From the NCBI GenBank assembly GCA_048214935.1, contig DBFWXZ010000026.1, positions 346,173-410,172 of the forward strand: a DNA stretch of 64,000 nt, written 5' to 3'. The notes beneath the pieces were generated by a model that did no database searches, was not told where the DNA came from, and saw only the letters and a list, made by a program, of their open reading frames with translations. Each line of letters starts with the position of its first letter. Position 1 is the stretch's first letter. Origin of the DNA: Tidjanibacter sp. Lineage in GTDB: Bacteria; Bacteroidota; Bacteroidia; Bacteroidales; Rikenellaceae. Both the position numbers and the translations under genes were made by a program. This document shows, piece after piece, positions 32,489 to 41,773 of this stretch.

Positions 32489-35400
32489 CGGAAAAGGATA
32501 TTTTTCGGTAACAGTATTTTTGCCTGCGCGGGCGATATGCCGCGGCGCAGGGCGTAATCTTCCGTCTGGTCGGCTCCTACGGGGCCTACGGCGAAATAAC
32601 GGTCGGCATTTCCGGCGAACACCAGTCCGCACAGCGATTCTCCGGGACTTATCATGTGGTTTTCGGTAAGGCTCAGAGGGAGCCGTCCCTCCGCTCCGAG
32701 AAGGTCGAAGGCTTCCCGCTTCAGCGAGTGGTCGGGCGTGGCCGGATAGCCGAACGCAAGCCGGATTCCCCGGTATCGCCCGGCTATGATGTCCGCCGCA
32801 CTTTGTTCGGGCCCCTGTTCGTAACCCCACAGCACACGGCGAATCCGCCGGTGCATGGCTTCGGCCAGCGCTTCGGTAAGCCTGTCGGCCAGCAGTTTGG
32901 CCATGATTGACCCGTAATGGTCGCCTTCGGCGCGCAACCGCTTCGTCCATTCTTCCAGCCCGACGCCGGCGCTAACCGTAAAGGCTCCCACGAAATCGCC
33001 CTGCGGAGCTACGAAATCGGCCGCACTCGACATTTCGCCTCCGCTTCGCTGGCGACGCAGCATGGGAAAGCGTATGTCCCGGCCGTCGGGGGCCGTTATG
33101 ATAATGTCGTCGCCTTCCCTGCGGGCCGGGTATATGCCTGCGGCTCCGCACAGAGTGAGCAACCCTTTGCCGGTCGCTTCGGCCAACGCAGCCTGCGCGT
33201 CGTCCCACAGGCGCCGCGCCTGCGGTCCCTTGTCGGGCGAGTCGAGAACGGCGGGCCAGCGGCCGCTTATGCCCCATGCGTGGAAAAAGAAATTCCAGTC
33301 GATAAGCGGTACGACTTCGTCCGCCGGATAATCGGCATGGTATTCGGTTCCGGGGTGCGCGGGTTCAGGCGTGTCGGGCGAGGTTTTGACCTTTGCCTGC
33401 CTTCGGGCTTCGGCGAGCGGTACGAGCTCCGCCCCCTTCGTTTCGGCTTCGTCGCGCAGGGCTTTCTGCCGCCGGAAGGTTTCGGCCAGAAATTTATCCC
33501 TTTCCGGGCCGCACAAGGCATTGAGGATTCCGATATTGTCCGCTGCGTCGCGCGCATGTATCACCGGTCCGTCGTAAAGAGGGGCCAGCGCACGGGCAGT
33601 ATGTTCGGCCGAAGTGGTGGCTCCGGCTATCAGTACGGGTATATCCGCTCCGCGCCGCTGCATTTCGCGCAGTACGGACGCCATTTCCTCCAGAGAGGGC
33701 GTTATAAGCGCGCTCAGACCCACCGCGTAGGCATTCCATGCGACGGCGGCATCGGCTATGTCCGCGGCCGGAACCATAACTCCCATATCCCTTATAAGAT
33801 AGCCGTTGCACCCCATGACTACGGACGCTATGTTCTTTCCTATGTCGTGCACGTCGCCCCTGACGGTGGCTACGAGCACTTTTTTCCGTTCGGCTTCTCC
33901 GGATTGGAAACCCGGAGTTACTCCTTCCGACGGCGGCATTATCGCTTCCACCCCTAATTTCATTACCCTTGCAGCCCTGACTATCTGGGGAAGGAACATC
34001 CTTCCCTCCCCGAACAGCCGTCCTATATGCTCCATAGCGGGCATGAATACCGAATCTATGACCTCGAACGCTCCGCCTTTCGCTTCGGCCGCGGCCTCGC
34101 GGCTGTCACCGGCCACGTAATCCGTTATTCCATCGAGCATCGCATGGCGAATGCGCTGCGCCGGGGTAAGTGTGCGCCACGCGGCGGCTTCTGCTTTGGA
34201 AACGGAGACGGTATTGCTCCGGGACGCTTCGGCTGCCGCTTTCTCCCGTGCGGCATAATCCGCCAGACGGCGTCCCGCATCCGGGCGCCGGGCGAGTACG
34301 ACGTCCTCGGCCATAAGGCGAAGCTCGTCGTCGAGTTCGTCGTACGGAATCATAGCCGAAGGATTTGCAATGGCCATGCCCAGCCCCGCTGCCGCGGCAT
34401 GGTGCAGGAACACCGAGTGCAGGGCTTCCCTTACCCGGTTCGCTCCCCTGAAGGCGAACGACAGGTTGCTGACTCCGGCGCTTACGGTGGCTTCCGGCAG
34501 ATGCCCGCGTATCCAGCGGCACGCGCGGATAAAGTCCAGCGCATAGCGGTCGTGCTCTTCCATACCGGTGGCTACGGCGAGTACGTTGGGGTCGAAGACT
34601 ATGTCGCGGGCCGGAAAGCCGTCTTCCGTAAGCAGACGGTAACTGCGCGCCGCCACTTCTATCTTGCGTTCGAAGGTGTCCGCCTGTCCGCGCTCGTCGA
34701 AAAGCATCACCACGACGGCGGCGCCGTAATCGCGTGCCTCGCGGGCGCGTCGCAGAAATTCATCCGGGCCTTCCTTGAGCGAGATGCTGTTGACTATCGA
34801 CCGGCCCTGTATGCACTTCAATGCCGCCGCGACGGATTCCCAGCGCGAAGAATCGACCATTACCGCTGCGGAAGCCGCCGCCGGGTCGGCCGCCAGAGTC
34901 GGCAGGAAACGCTGCATCGCCTCGACCGCATCCACGGCCGAATCGTCCATGCACACGTCCGTTATCCGGGCTCCGGCTTCGGTCTGGGTACGTACGACGG
35001 CGACGGCCTCCTCCCATTTTCCGGCCCTTATCAGTTTGGCGAACCGGGTCGAGCCGGCTACGTTCGCCCGTTCGCCCGCTATGAGCAACCCGCCGTCGGT
35101 CGGCGCTTCCACCGCTTCCGTCCCGGACAGCAGAAGCCGGCCGCGAGGTCGGGGTATCGGGCGCGGAGAGTAGCGGCGCGCCGCTTCGGCCAGAAGCATT
35201 ATATGTTCCGGCGTCGTCCCGCAGCATCCGCCCACTATATTGACCAGGCCGAGTTGCATGTATTCCTCCACTTCCGAAGCCATAGCGGCGGCCGTACCTT
35301 CGTATCCACCTCCCGGAGCCGGCAGGCCGGCGTTGGGATAGACCGCTATGGGATAATCGCTTACCATTGCCAGCGCCTTTATGTGCGGAAGGAGTTGCTT

Positions 35401-36177
35401 CGCTCCGAAAGAGCAGTTGAATCCTACCGTCAAAGGCTCGAAGGGAGCTGCCGAAGCGTAAAACGCCTCCACGGTCTGTCCCGAAAGAGTGCGGCCGCCG
35501 GGCGTGAGCGTCCCCGACACCATTACGGGCATATTCGTCCCCGAACGGCGCATCACTTTTCGGGCCGCCATAAGAGCCGCGCGCGCGTTGAGGGTATCGA
35601 AAAACGTTTCGAGTTGTATAAGGTCGGCTCCGCCCGCGATAAGAGCTTCTATCTGTATCTCATATCCTTCGGCAAGAGTATCGAACGCGATGCTGCGCGA
35701 GGAAGGGTCGTCGGCCGAGGCGGGCAGCGAGGCCGAGTGTCCGGTAGGCCCTACCGACCCTCCCACGAACCGCCGCTTGTGCGGATTCCGGAGGTTGAAC
35801 TCGTCGGCCGCCTGCCGGGCGCACCGGGCGGCGGAGTAATTGATTTCGTATGCTCTGCTGGCAAGTCCGTAATCGGCCAGCGACACCGGATGGGCATTGA
35901 ACGAGCAGGCGGTTACGATGTCCGCGCCGGCGGCCAGATAGCGGCGGTGTATGTCGCCTATCACGTCCGGCCGGGTAACCGGCAGCAGGTCGTTGCATCC
36001 GCGCAGTTCTGCCGCGGCATCGGCGAAAGCGATGCCCCGGTAGTCTTTCTCGGTCAGGCCGTAGCTCTGTATAAGCGTTCCCATGGCTCCGTCGAGAACG
36101 AGTACGCGCTCCGCGAGTACCCGGCGTAAAGGGTGCTCTCCGGTAAAGGGCAGGGTATATTTACGTGTGTCCGTCAT
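32485..36177 (-). CDS. metH: Cobalamin-dependent methionine synthase
   Basis: 1230 aa with homocysteine-binding (LDGAMGT), pterin-binding, B12-binding (DVHDIGKNI ... GLSALITPS) and AdoMet-activation domains. Trimmed to ATG 36177. Confidence 0.95.
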   Translation of the reverse strand: MTDTRKYTLPFTGEHPLRRVLAERVLVLDGAMGTLIQSYGLTEKDYRGIAFADAAAELRGCNDLLPVTRPDVIGDIHRRYLAAGADIVTACSFNAHPVSLADYGLASRAYEINYSAARCARQAADEFNLRNPHKRRFVGGSVGPTGHSASLPASADDPSSRSIAFDTLAEGYEIQIEALIAGGADLIQLETFFDTLNARAALMAARKVMRRSGTNMPVMVSGTLTPGGRTLSGQTVEAFYASAAPFEPLTVGFNCSFGAKQLLPHIKALAMVSDYPIAVYPNAGLPAPGGGYEGTAAAMASEVEEYMQLGLVNIVGGCCGTTPEHIMLLAEAARRYSPRPIPRPRGRLLLSGTEAVEAPTDGGLLIAGERANVAGSTRFAKLIRAGKWEEAVAVVRTQTEAGARITDVCMDDSAVDAVEAMQRFLPTLAADPAAASAAVMVDSSRWESVAAALKCIQGRSIVNSISLKEGPDEFLRRAREARDYGAAVVVMLFDERGQADTFERKIEVAARSYRLLTEDGFPARDIVFDPNVLAVATGMEEHDRYALDFIRACRWIRGHLPEATVSAGVSNLSFAFRGANRVREALHSVFLHHAAAAGLGMAIANPSAMIPYDELDDELRLMAEDVVLARRPDAGRRLADYAAREKAAAEASRSNTVSVSKAEAAAWRTLTPAQRIRHAMLDGITDYVAGDSREAAAEAKGGAFEVIDSVFMPAMEHIGRLFGEGRMFLPQIVRAARVMKLGVEAIMPPSEGVTPGFQSGEAERKKVLVATVRGDVHDIGKNIASVVMGCNGYLIRDMGVMVPAADIADAAVAWNAYAVGLSALITPSLEEMASVLREMQRRGADIPVLIAGATTSAEHTARALAPLYDGPVIHARDAADNIGILNALCGPERDKFLAETFRRQKALRDEAETKGAELVPLAEARRQAKVKTSPDTPEPAHPGTEYHADYPADEVVPLIDWNFFFHAWGISGRWPAVLDSPDKGPQARRLWDDAQAALAEATGKGLLTLCGAAGIYPARREGDDIIITAPDGRDIRFPMLRRQRSGGEMSSAADFVAPQGDFVGAFTVSAGVGLEEWTKRLRAEGDHYGSIMAKLLADRLTEALAEAMHRRIRRVLWGYEQGPEQSAADIIAGRYRGIRLAFGYPATPDHSLKREAFDLLGAEGRLPLSLTENHMISPGESLCGLVFAGNADRYFAVGPVGADQTEDYALRRGISPAQAKILLPKNILFR

Positions 36178-36998
36178 TCGGTGGATTGGGGTATGATTTC
36201 TATTTCGTACAGTTTGTTCCACCGTTTGCCGGTAACGAACACGCGGCCGGTTTCGGAGTCGTAAGCTATGCCGTTCAGCACGTCGGAAGCCGGCGTACGG
36301 TCGCTTTTTTCCTGCAGGCCGCTCAAGTCGATTACTCCGGTCACGTTTCCGGATTGTGGGTCTATGGTTACTATAAGGTCGGACAGGTAAACGTTGGCCC
36401 ATATTTCGCCGTCAATCCACTCCAGTTCGTTCAGAAGCCGCAGGCGACTTCCGCCCATCGTGACCGTCAGGACGCGCTCCGCGGCGAAATTGTCGGGGTT
36501 GCGGACGACGATACGTTCCGAACCGTCGGACGTATAGAGCCTGCGGCCGTCCGAGGCGATGCCCCAGCCCTCGCCGTCGTAGCGTACGACTTTGAGCAGC
36601 CGCATGGATTCGGGGTCGTAAACGAATGCCGAGCCTTCGAGCCACGTAAGCTGATATATTTTTCCGTCGTGAAGCACTGCGCCTTCTGCGAAATACTCCG
36701 GGCCGAGATTGCGACGGGCCTCTTCGCGACCCGATTCCAAATCGACTTTCAGCAAGGCCGACCTGCCGTATTCCCCTATGCTTTCCCACAGGGAGCCGTC
36801 GTTCCAGAAAAGACCCTGCGTATAGGAATTTTCCGAGTGGGGGTATACTTTCACCACCTTGTAACCGTACCGTTTCGGAACCGCTTTGCGAACGGTATCG
36901 GAAGCGGACGCGCGGGTGACGGCGGCCCGCTGCCGCCCCGGGGAGCCGCCGCAGGCGGTCGTGACGACTGCTAAAAGTATGAAACAGTATGTTTTCAT
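36174..36998 (-). CDS. Glutaminyl-peptide cyclotransferase, beta-propeller (plant/bacterial type I) lipoprotein
   Basis: Lipobox AVVTTACGG. Family pattern: YPHSENSYTQGLFW.DG.LWES.G.YG.S.L..VDL.SG ... NELEWIDGEIWANVY ... VLNGIAYD. Trimmed to ATG 36998. Its stop overlaps the metH ATG. Confidence 0.8.
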   Translation of the reverse strand: MKTYCFILLAVVTTACGGSPGRQRAAVTRASASDTVRKAVPKRYGYKVVKVYPHSENSYTQGLFWNDGSLWESIGEYGRSALLKVDLESGREEARRNLGPEYFAEGAVLHDGKIYQLTWLEGSAFVYDPESMRLLKVVRYDGEGWGIASDGRRLYTSDGSERIVVRNPDNFAAERVLTVTMGGSRLRLLNELEWIDGEIWANVYLSDLIVTIDPQSGNVTGVIDLSGLQEKSDRTPASDVLNGIAYDSETGRVFVTGKRWNKLYEIEIIPQSTE

Positions 36999-37025
36999 GC
37001 CGGTTCGGAGGTTTATCATAAAGTA

Positions 37026-37033
37026 CAAATATA
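37026..37033 (-). promoter_or_regulatory. -7 box TATATTTG (minus strand) for the QC-metH-M20-TrmH operon
   Basis: The plus strand reads CAAATATA, 28 nt upstream of ATG 36998. Confidence 0.45.
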
Positions 37034-37310
37034 CGGACAATCGTGCCTAAGAATAGCCGCCAGGATAATTTTTTCGTGCCGGAAGTCCGGTCCGCCCGCT
37101 TTTGCGGCCCGATAACCTTGATGCTCGTAGAGCACGACAAGAGTTTTGCCTGCGCTTGCGAAGCCGAACCGCTGTCGGAGAACCGGTGCAAATCCGTCGG
37201 GTATTATGGAGCAGTTGCCATTTTCGGATGTCTTGTCGTTCCGGAAATGCGCAAACCGGCTTTTATACGGGCAATCCGGTCGCGGGAGTGCGTCCCGGCG
37301 GGGAAATTCC

Positions 37311-37318
37311 TATCTTTG
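37311..37318 (+). promoter_or_regulatory. -7 box TATCTTTG upstream of serS
   Basis: Matches TAnnTTTG, 29 nt before ATG 37347. Confidence 0.45.
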
Positions 37319-37346
37319 CGCGGTATAACGTTCAAGTGCGAGGAAT

Positions 37347-38618
37347 ATGCTTACGGTCAAACAAATCAGGCAGGATACGGAGCGGGCGGTGGAACGTCTT
37401 TCCGTCAAGGGATTCGATGCAAAGGAAACGGTGGAGCGGGTAGTGCTTCTCGACGACCGCCGAAGGGAGATTCAGCAGACGCTGGATAAACTGCTGGCCG
37501 AACAGAACGAGATAGCCCGGACGGTCGGCAGGCTCTATGCCGCCGGACAGAAGGACGAGGCCGAGAAGGCCAAGCGCCGCAGCTCCGACCTCAAGTCCCT
37601 TTCGCGTGACGCCGAGCTGGAGCTGCGGGATACGGAACAGCAGCTCAATGCGGCGCTGGTGACGCTGCCGAACTTTCCGGCCGAAATCGTGCCGCACGGT
37701 CTGACCGCGGAAAGCAACGTGGTGGTCAAAGAGGGCGGCCGTATGCCCGACCTCGGCTCCGATGCGCTTCCCCACTGGGAGCTTGCCCGCAAATACGACC
37801 TGATAGATTTCGAGTTGGGCGTAAAGCTGACCGGAGCCGGCTTCCCGGTTTACAAGGGGAGGGGAGCTGCGCTTCAGCGCGCGCTGATAACCTGTTTCCT
37901 CGACCGCAACACGGCTGCCGGATACACCGAGGTGATGCCGCCGATAATGGTGAACGAGGCTTCCGGGTTCGGTACCGGGCAGCTTCCCGACAAGGAAGGG
38001 CAGATGTACTACGTGCAGGCCGACAATTTCTATCTGGTTCCCACCGCCGAAGTCCCGGTCACCAACATTTACCGCGATACGATAGTAGAGGAGAAGGACC
38101 TGCCCGTGAAGCTGACCGCCTATACTCCCTGTTTCCGCCGTGAAGCCGGTTCGTACGGCAAGGACGTGCGCGGCCTGAACCGCCTGCACCAGTTCGACAA
38201 GGTGGAGATAGTCCGCATCGAACGACCCGAACATTCCTACGAGGCGCTCGACGAAATGGTGGCTCACGTGGAGGGAATCGTATCGGAGCTCGGACTGCCG
38301 TACCGCATTCTGCGACTGTGCGGAGGCGACATGAGTTTCGCGTCGGCTCTTACCTACGATTTCGAGGTGTACAGCGCCGCCCAGAAAAGATGGCTGGAGG
38401 TGTCGAGCGTGTCGAATTTCGAAACGTTCCAGTCCAACCGTCTGAAACTGCGGTATCGGGATTCGGCCAGGAAAACGCAGCTCGCCCATACGCTCAACGG
38501 CAGTTCGCTCGCCCTGCCCCGCATATTGGCCGCGCTGCTGGAGAACAATCAAACGCCCGACGGCATCGTTATACCCGAGGCGTTGCGTCCGTATCTGCGA
38601 TTCGACCGTATAGATTAG
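37347..38618 (+). CDS. serS: Serine--tRNA ligase
   Basis: N-terminal coiled-coil arm, then class II motifs (FRREAGS.GKD.RGL.R.HQF.KVE, TLNGS.LA..R). Confidence 0.95.
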   Translation: MLTVKQIRQDTERAVERLSVKGFDAKETVERVVLLDDRRREIQQTLDKLLAEQNEIARTVGRLYAAGQKDEAEKAKRRSSDLKSLSRDAELELRDTEQQLNAALVTLPNFPAEIVPHGLTAESNVVVKEGGRMPDLGSDALPHWELARKYDLIDFELGVKLTGAGFPVYKGRGAALQRALITCFLDRNTAAGYTEVMPPIMVNEASGFGTGQLPDKEGQMYYVQADNFYLVPTAEVPVTNIYRDTIVEEKDLPVKLTAYTPCFRREAGSYGKDVRGLNRLHQFDKVEIVRIERPEHSYEALDEMVAHVEGIVSELGLPYRILRLCGGDMSFASALTYDFEVYSAAQKRWLEVSSVSNFETFQSNRLKLRYRDSARKTQLAHTLNGSSLALPRILAALLENNQTPDGIVIPEALRPYLRFDRID

Positions 38619-38727
38619 GCCCCGGCGGCATATTCGGCGCACCCCGACGGAAAATCCGACGGACGAAGCGTCATATTCAACTTTTTTATATATTTGCCGG
38701 AGTTTTATAAAACTAACAGAGGAAGAA

Positions 38728-38898
38728 ATGGCTTACAGAATTATTGAGGACAAATGCGTGGCATGCGGCTCCTGCATGGGCGAATGTCCGGTCGAGGCTA
38801 TATCGTCGGGCGACGTTTACGTTATCGACCCCGACAAGTGCATCGACTGCGGCACCTGCGCCAGCGTATGCCCCAGCGAAGCAATCGAGGCGGAATAG
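38728..38898 (+). CDS. 2x[4Fe-4S] ferredoxin (56 aa); absent from the ORF track (<60 aa)
   Basis: MAYRIIEDKCVACGSCMGECPVEAISSGDVYVIDPDKCIDCGTCASVCPSEAIEAE has two CxxCxxCxxxCP motifs. AGAGGAAG lies before the ATG, and a terminator follows. Confidence 0.8.
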   Translation: MAYRIIEDKCVACGSCMGECPVEAISSGDVYVIDPDKCIDCGTCASVCPSEAIEAE

Positions 38899-38917
38899 GG
38901 ACAATCGCCCCGAACGT

Positions 38918-38948
38918 AAACCCCGCGGCTCAACGGCCGCGGGGTTTT
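38918..38948. terminator. Bidirectional terminator between the ferredoxin and radical-SAM genes
   Basis: AAACCCCGCGGC / GCCGCGGGGTTT 12-bp stem with a 6-nt loop, then a T-run. The radical-SAM ORF's last codons run into it. Confidence 0.7.
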
Positions 38949-40066
38949 GCATGGCAGCCCTGCTCGCAGGGCGGTTCCGGCCGGTAATTGTAAAGCTGGT
39001 CGCGCAGGCGCGGAACGAACCCGGCATCGCGTATGGCCCGGCGGATGCCCGCCGCATCGAACCGGTTGGCCGCTCCGGCCGCCGATACCACGTTCTCCTC
39101 TATCATAATCGACCCCATGTCGTTGGCCCCGCAGTGCAGGGCTATCTGCGCGGCGGACTGTCCAACCGTCAGCCATGAAGCCTGAATGTTGGGGATATCG
39201 TTCAGTATCACGCGGCTCAATGCGATGATGCGGAGGTATTCGGCGGCCGAGAATCGGGTAGTAACCCCCATGCGCTCCAACTGCGTGCCCTTGCTGCGGA
39301 ATATCCACGGAATAAATGCGGTGAAGCCGAGCGAACCCTCCGGGCGTTCCGCCTGAAGGTCGCGCAGGGTTATCAGGTGTGCGACCCGCTGCCGCGGGGT
39401 TTCCACATGACCGTACATCATGGTGGCCGTGGTCGGAATGCCGAGCCGGTGCGCTTCCCGCATTACCTCGCACCACTGTCCGGCCGACGGTTTGCCGGGA
39501 GAAATTCGGCGGCGCACTTCGTCGCACAATATTTCGGCTCCCGCTCCGGGAAGCGTGTCCAGCCCGGCATCGCGCAGGCGTTCCAGAGCGCGTCGTACTG
39601 TAAGGCCGCTCCGCCGGGCTATGTAGGCCACTTCGGGTGCGCCCAACGCATTGAGCTTCAGTTCAGGGGCCATTGCTTTCAGTTCCCGGAAAAGGGTTTC
39701 GTAAAATTCTATTTTCAGGCCCGGATGCAGTCCGCCCTGAAGCAGCAGTTGGTCGCCTCCGAGAGCTATGGTTTCGGCGGTTTTTACCCGGTATTCCTCG
39801 AGGGTGGTGACGAAAGCGCGTTCTCGCTCGCGGGGGGACGCATGGAAGTTGCAGAACCGGCAGCCCGAAACGCATACGTTGGTTATGTTCACGTTGCGGT
39901 CGATTTGCCATGTTACTACCTGCGGGTCGGGTACGGTGCGGCGGCGCACCGTGTCGGCCGCATACATAAGTTCCGGCAGGGGGCATCGCTCGTAAAGAGC
40001 AAGAGCCTCGTCCTCCGTCAGGGATATTCCGTCGAGGGTCTTATCGAGCAAGCTCCGCAGCTCCAT
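38930..40066 (-). CDS. Radical SAM enzyme of the CofH / MqnC / MqnE family
   Basis: Cluster NITNVCVSGCRFCNF (CxxxCxxC) and the ...LLLQGGLHP... and ...ATMMYGHVET... patterns of this family. Which member it is cannot be decided by eye. Confidence 0.7.
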   Translation of the reverse strand: MELRSLLDKTLDGISLTEDEALALYERCPLPELMYAADTVRRRTVPDPQVVTWQIDRNVNITNVCVSGCRFCNFHASPRERERAFVTTLEEYRVKTAETIALGGDQLLLQGGLHPGLKIEFYETLFRELKAMAPELKLNALGAPEVAYIARRSGLTVRRALERLRDAGLDTLPGAGAEILCDEVRRRISPGKPSAGQWCEVMREAHRLGIPTTATMMYGHVETPRQRVAHLITLRDLQAERPEGSLGFTAFIPWIFRSKGTQLERMGVTTRFSAAEYLRIIALSRVILNDIPNIQASWLTVGQSAAQIALHCGANDMGSIMIEENVVSAAGAANRFDAAGIRRAIRDAGFVPRLRDQLYNYRPEPPCEQGCHAKPRGR

Positions 40067-40793
40067 CGCGGGCGGCTATTATGAATTCTATTTCGCGGAA
40101 CAGGTAGCCTTTCACTATTCCTTCCGATTCGACGAGCAGGGTTCCGTCGTCGCGCACTCCCCGGATAATTCCGGTAAAGGGGCTGCCTCCCGGCAGGCGG
40201 AAAGGGGCGGGTTCGCCGAGCCGGTAAAGCAGGGCATTGTAGTCGGCTTCCGTTTCCACCGCTCCGCCGCCCGCCAGCGTGTCGTAGCGCGCCTCGAATT
40301 TTTCCGAAAACGTTCGGAACACATCCATAATGTCGTGGCTGCGGCCGGTAAGCAGGGCGAGCGAAGTCGGATTCGGCAACCAGTCCGGAAAATCCGTCTG
40401 GTTTACGTTGATGCCAATGCCGATGACCGAGCGGGCGAGCCGGTCGCCGGCAAGGTCGTGCTCCAACAGTACGCCTACTATCTTGCGGTCGTCGGCATAG
40501 ATGTCGTTGGTCCACTTTATGCGGGCATCGACTCCGTAAGCCGAAAAAGTGTCCGTAAGCGCGAGGGCCGTACATTCCGACAGAAGGAACTGCCTCCGGG
40601 TTTCCAGAAATGCGGGTTCGACTACCAGACTGAAAGTGAGGTTTTCTCCGGGGCGGCTGCTCCAGCGGTTGCCGCGCTGCCCGCGCCCGGCCGTCTGTTC
40701 GAGGGCTATGACCGCATCGCCGTGGCCGTAAAGGTCCCGCCGCGAGGCTTCGATATTCGTCGAACCTACCGTATCGAGTATGATGCACTTCAT
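40041..40793 (-). CDS. birA: Biotin--[acetyl-CoA-carboxylase] ligase (group I, no HTH domain)
   Basis: TVGSTN...EQTAGRGQRGNRW.S..G.NL.FS matches BirA. The 3' end overlaps the next gene by 26 nt. Confidence 0.85.
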   Translation of the reverse strand: MKCIILDTVGSTNIEASRRDLYGHGDAVIALEQTAGRGQRGNRWSSRPGENLTFSLVVEPAFLETRRQFLLSECTALALTDTFSAYGVDARIKWTNDIYADDRKIVGVLLEHDLAGDRLARSVIGIGINVNQTDFPDWLPNPTSLALLTGRSHDIMDVFRTFSEKFEARYDTLAGGGAVETEADYNALLYRLGEPAPFRLPGGSPFTGIIRGVRDDGTLLVESEGIVKGYLFREIEFIIAARDGAAELAR

Positions 40794-40794
40794 G

Positions 40795-41616
40795 TCAAAC
40801 CGCCACTTCGAAAGTACGGAGCGCCTCGTTGAGAGATGTTTTCTTGTCGGACGATTCGTTCCGCCGTCCTATTATAAGGGCACAGGAAACCCCGAAGTCC
40901 CCGGCCGGAAACCGCTTCGCGTAAGTCCCGGGAATCACCACCGAGCGTGGAGGCACGTATCCGCGGTACTCTTTGGGTCCCGGGCCCGTCACATCTATTA
41001 TATGCGTGGAAGCGGTTATTACGGTATTGGCCCCCAGCACGGCTTCGGCTCCTATGTGCGCTCCTTCGACCACCACCGAGCGGGAGCCGAGGAAACAGTC
41101 GTCTTCCACTATCACCGGAGCCGCCTGTACAGGTTCGAGCACTCCTCCTATGCCGACCCCGCCGCTCAGATGAACCCGGCGGCCTATCTGGGCGCACGAG
41201 CCGACGGTAGCCCACGTATCGACCATGGTTCCCTCGCCGACATAGGCCCCGATATTTACGTACGAGGGCATAAGGATGACGCCTCTGGCAAGGTATGCGC
41301 CGTAGCGCACCGCAGCCGGGGGGACTACCCGTACGCCGGTTTCCCGGAAGCTGTGCTTGAGTTCGATTTTATCGTAAAACTCCATCTCCCCGGCGTGCAT
41401 TTCCCTCAGCGGCCGGGTGGGGAAGTAAAGTATCACCGCCTTCTTTACCCATTGGTTCACAAGCCATGTACCGTCGGGAGCGGGTTCGGCGCAGCGCAAC
41501 TCTCCGCGGTCGAGCAGTTCTACCGTTCGGTCTATGGCTGCCTGTACGGATGGGGATTTCAGCAGGGAATTGTCGTCCCAGACGCTTTCGATGGTTTGTC
41601 TAAGCTCGTCGTACAT
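40795..41616 (-). CDS. dapD: 2,3,4,5-tetrahydropyridine-2,6-dicarboxylate N-succinyltransferase
   Basis: Hexapeptide-repeat region (VNIGAYVGEGTMVDTWATVGSCAQIGRRVHLSGGVGIGGVLEP) with a DapD-type N-terminal domain. Trimmed to ATG 41616. Confidence 0.85.
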   Translation of the reverse strand: MYDELRQTIESVWDDNSLLKSPSVQAAIDRTVELLDRGELRCAEPAPDGTWLVNQWVKKAVILYFPTRPLREMHAGEMEFYDKIELKHSFRETGVRVVPPAAVRYGAYLARGVILMPSYVNIGAYVGEGTMVDTWATVGSCAQIGRRVHLSGGVGIGGVLEPVQAAPVIVEDDCFLGSRSVVVEGAHIGAEAVLGANTVITASTHIIDVTGPGPKEYRGYVPPRSVVIPGTYAKRFPAGDFGVSCALIIGRRNESSDKKTSLNEALRTFEVAV

Positions 41617-41640
41617 AACGGTTCGGTTTGACGTTCCGGA

Positions 41641-41648
41641 CAAAGGTA
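41641..41648 (-). promoter_or_regulatory. -7 box TACCTTTG (minus strand) upstream of dapD
   Basis: The plus strand reads CAAAGGTA, 25 nt upstream of ATG 41616. Confidence 0.45.
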
Positions 41649-41711
41649 GCAAATTTTCCCGCCGCGGGTAATATCCCCGCGGATGCGGGAGATTGGTTGA
41701 GAATAGTTTGC

Positions 41712-41719
41712 TATCTTTG
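41712..41719 (+). promoter_or_regulatory. -7 box TATCTTTG upstream of the prolyl oligopeptidase gene
   Basis: Matches TAnnTTTG, 55 nt before ATG 41774. Confidence 0.4.
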
Positions 41720-41773
41720 TGAGCGGTTGTGCACCGGCCCGAGGCCGGGCCGTTAACTTAAAACACTAAGCCT

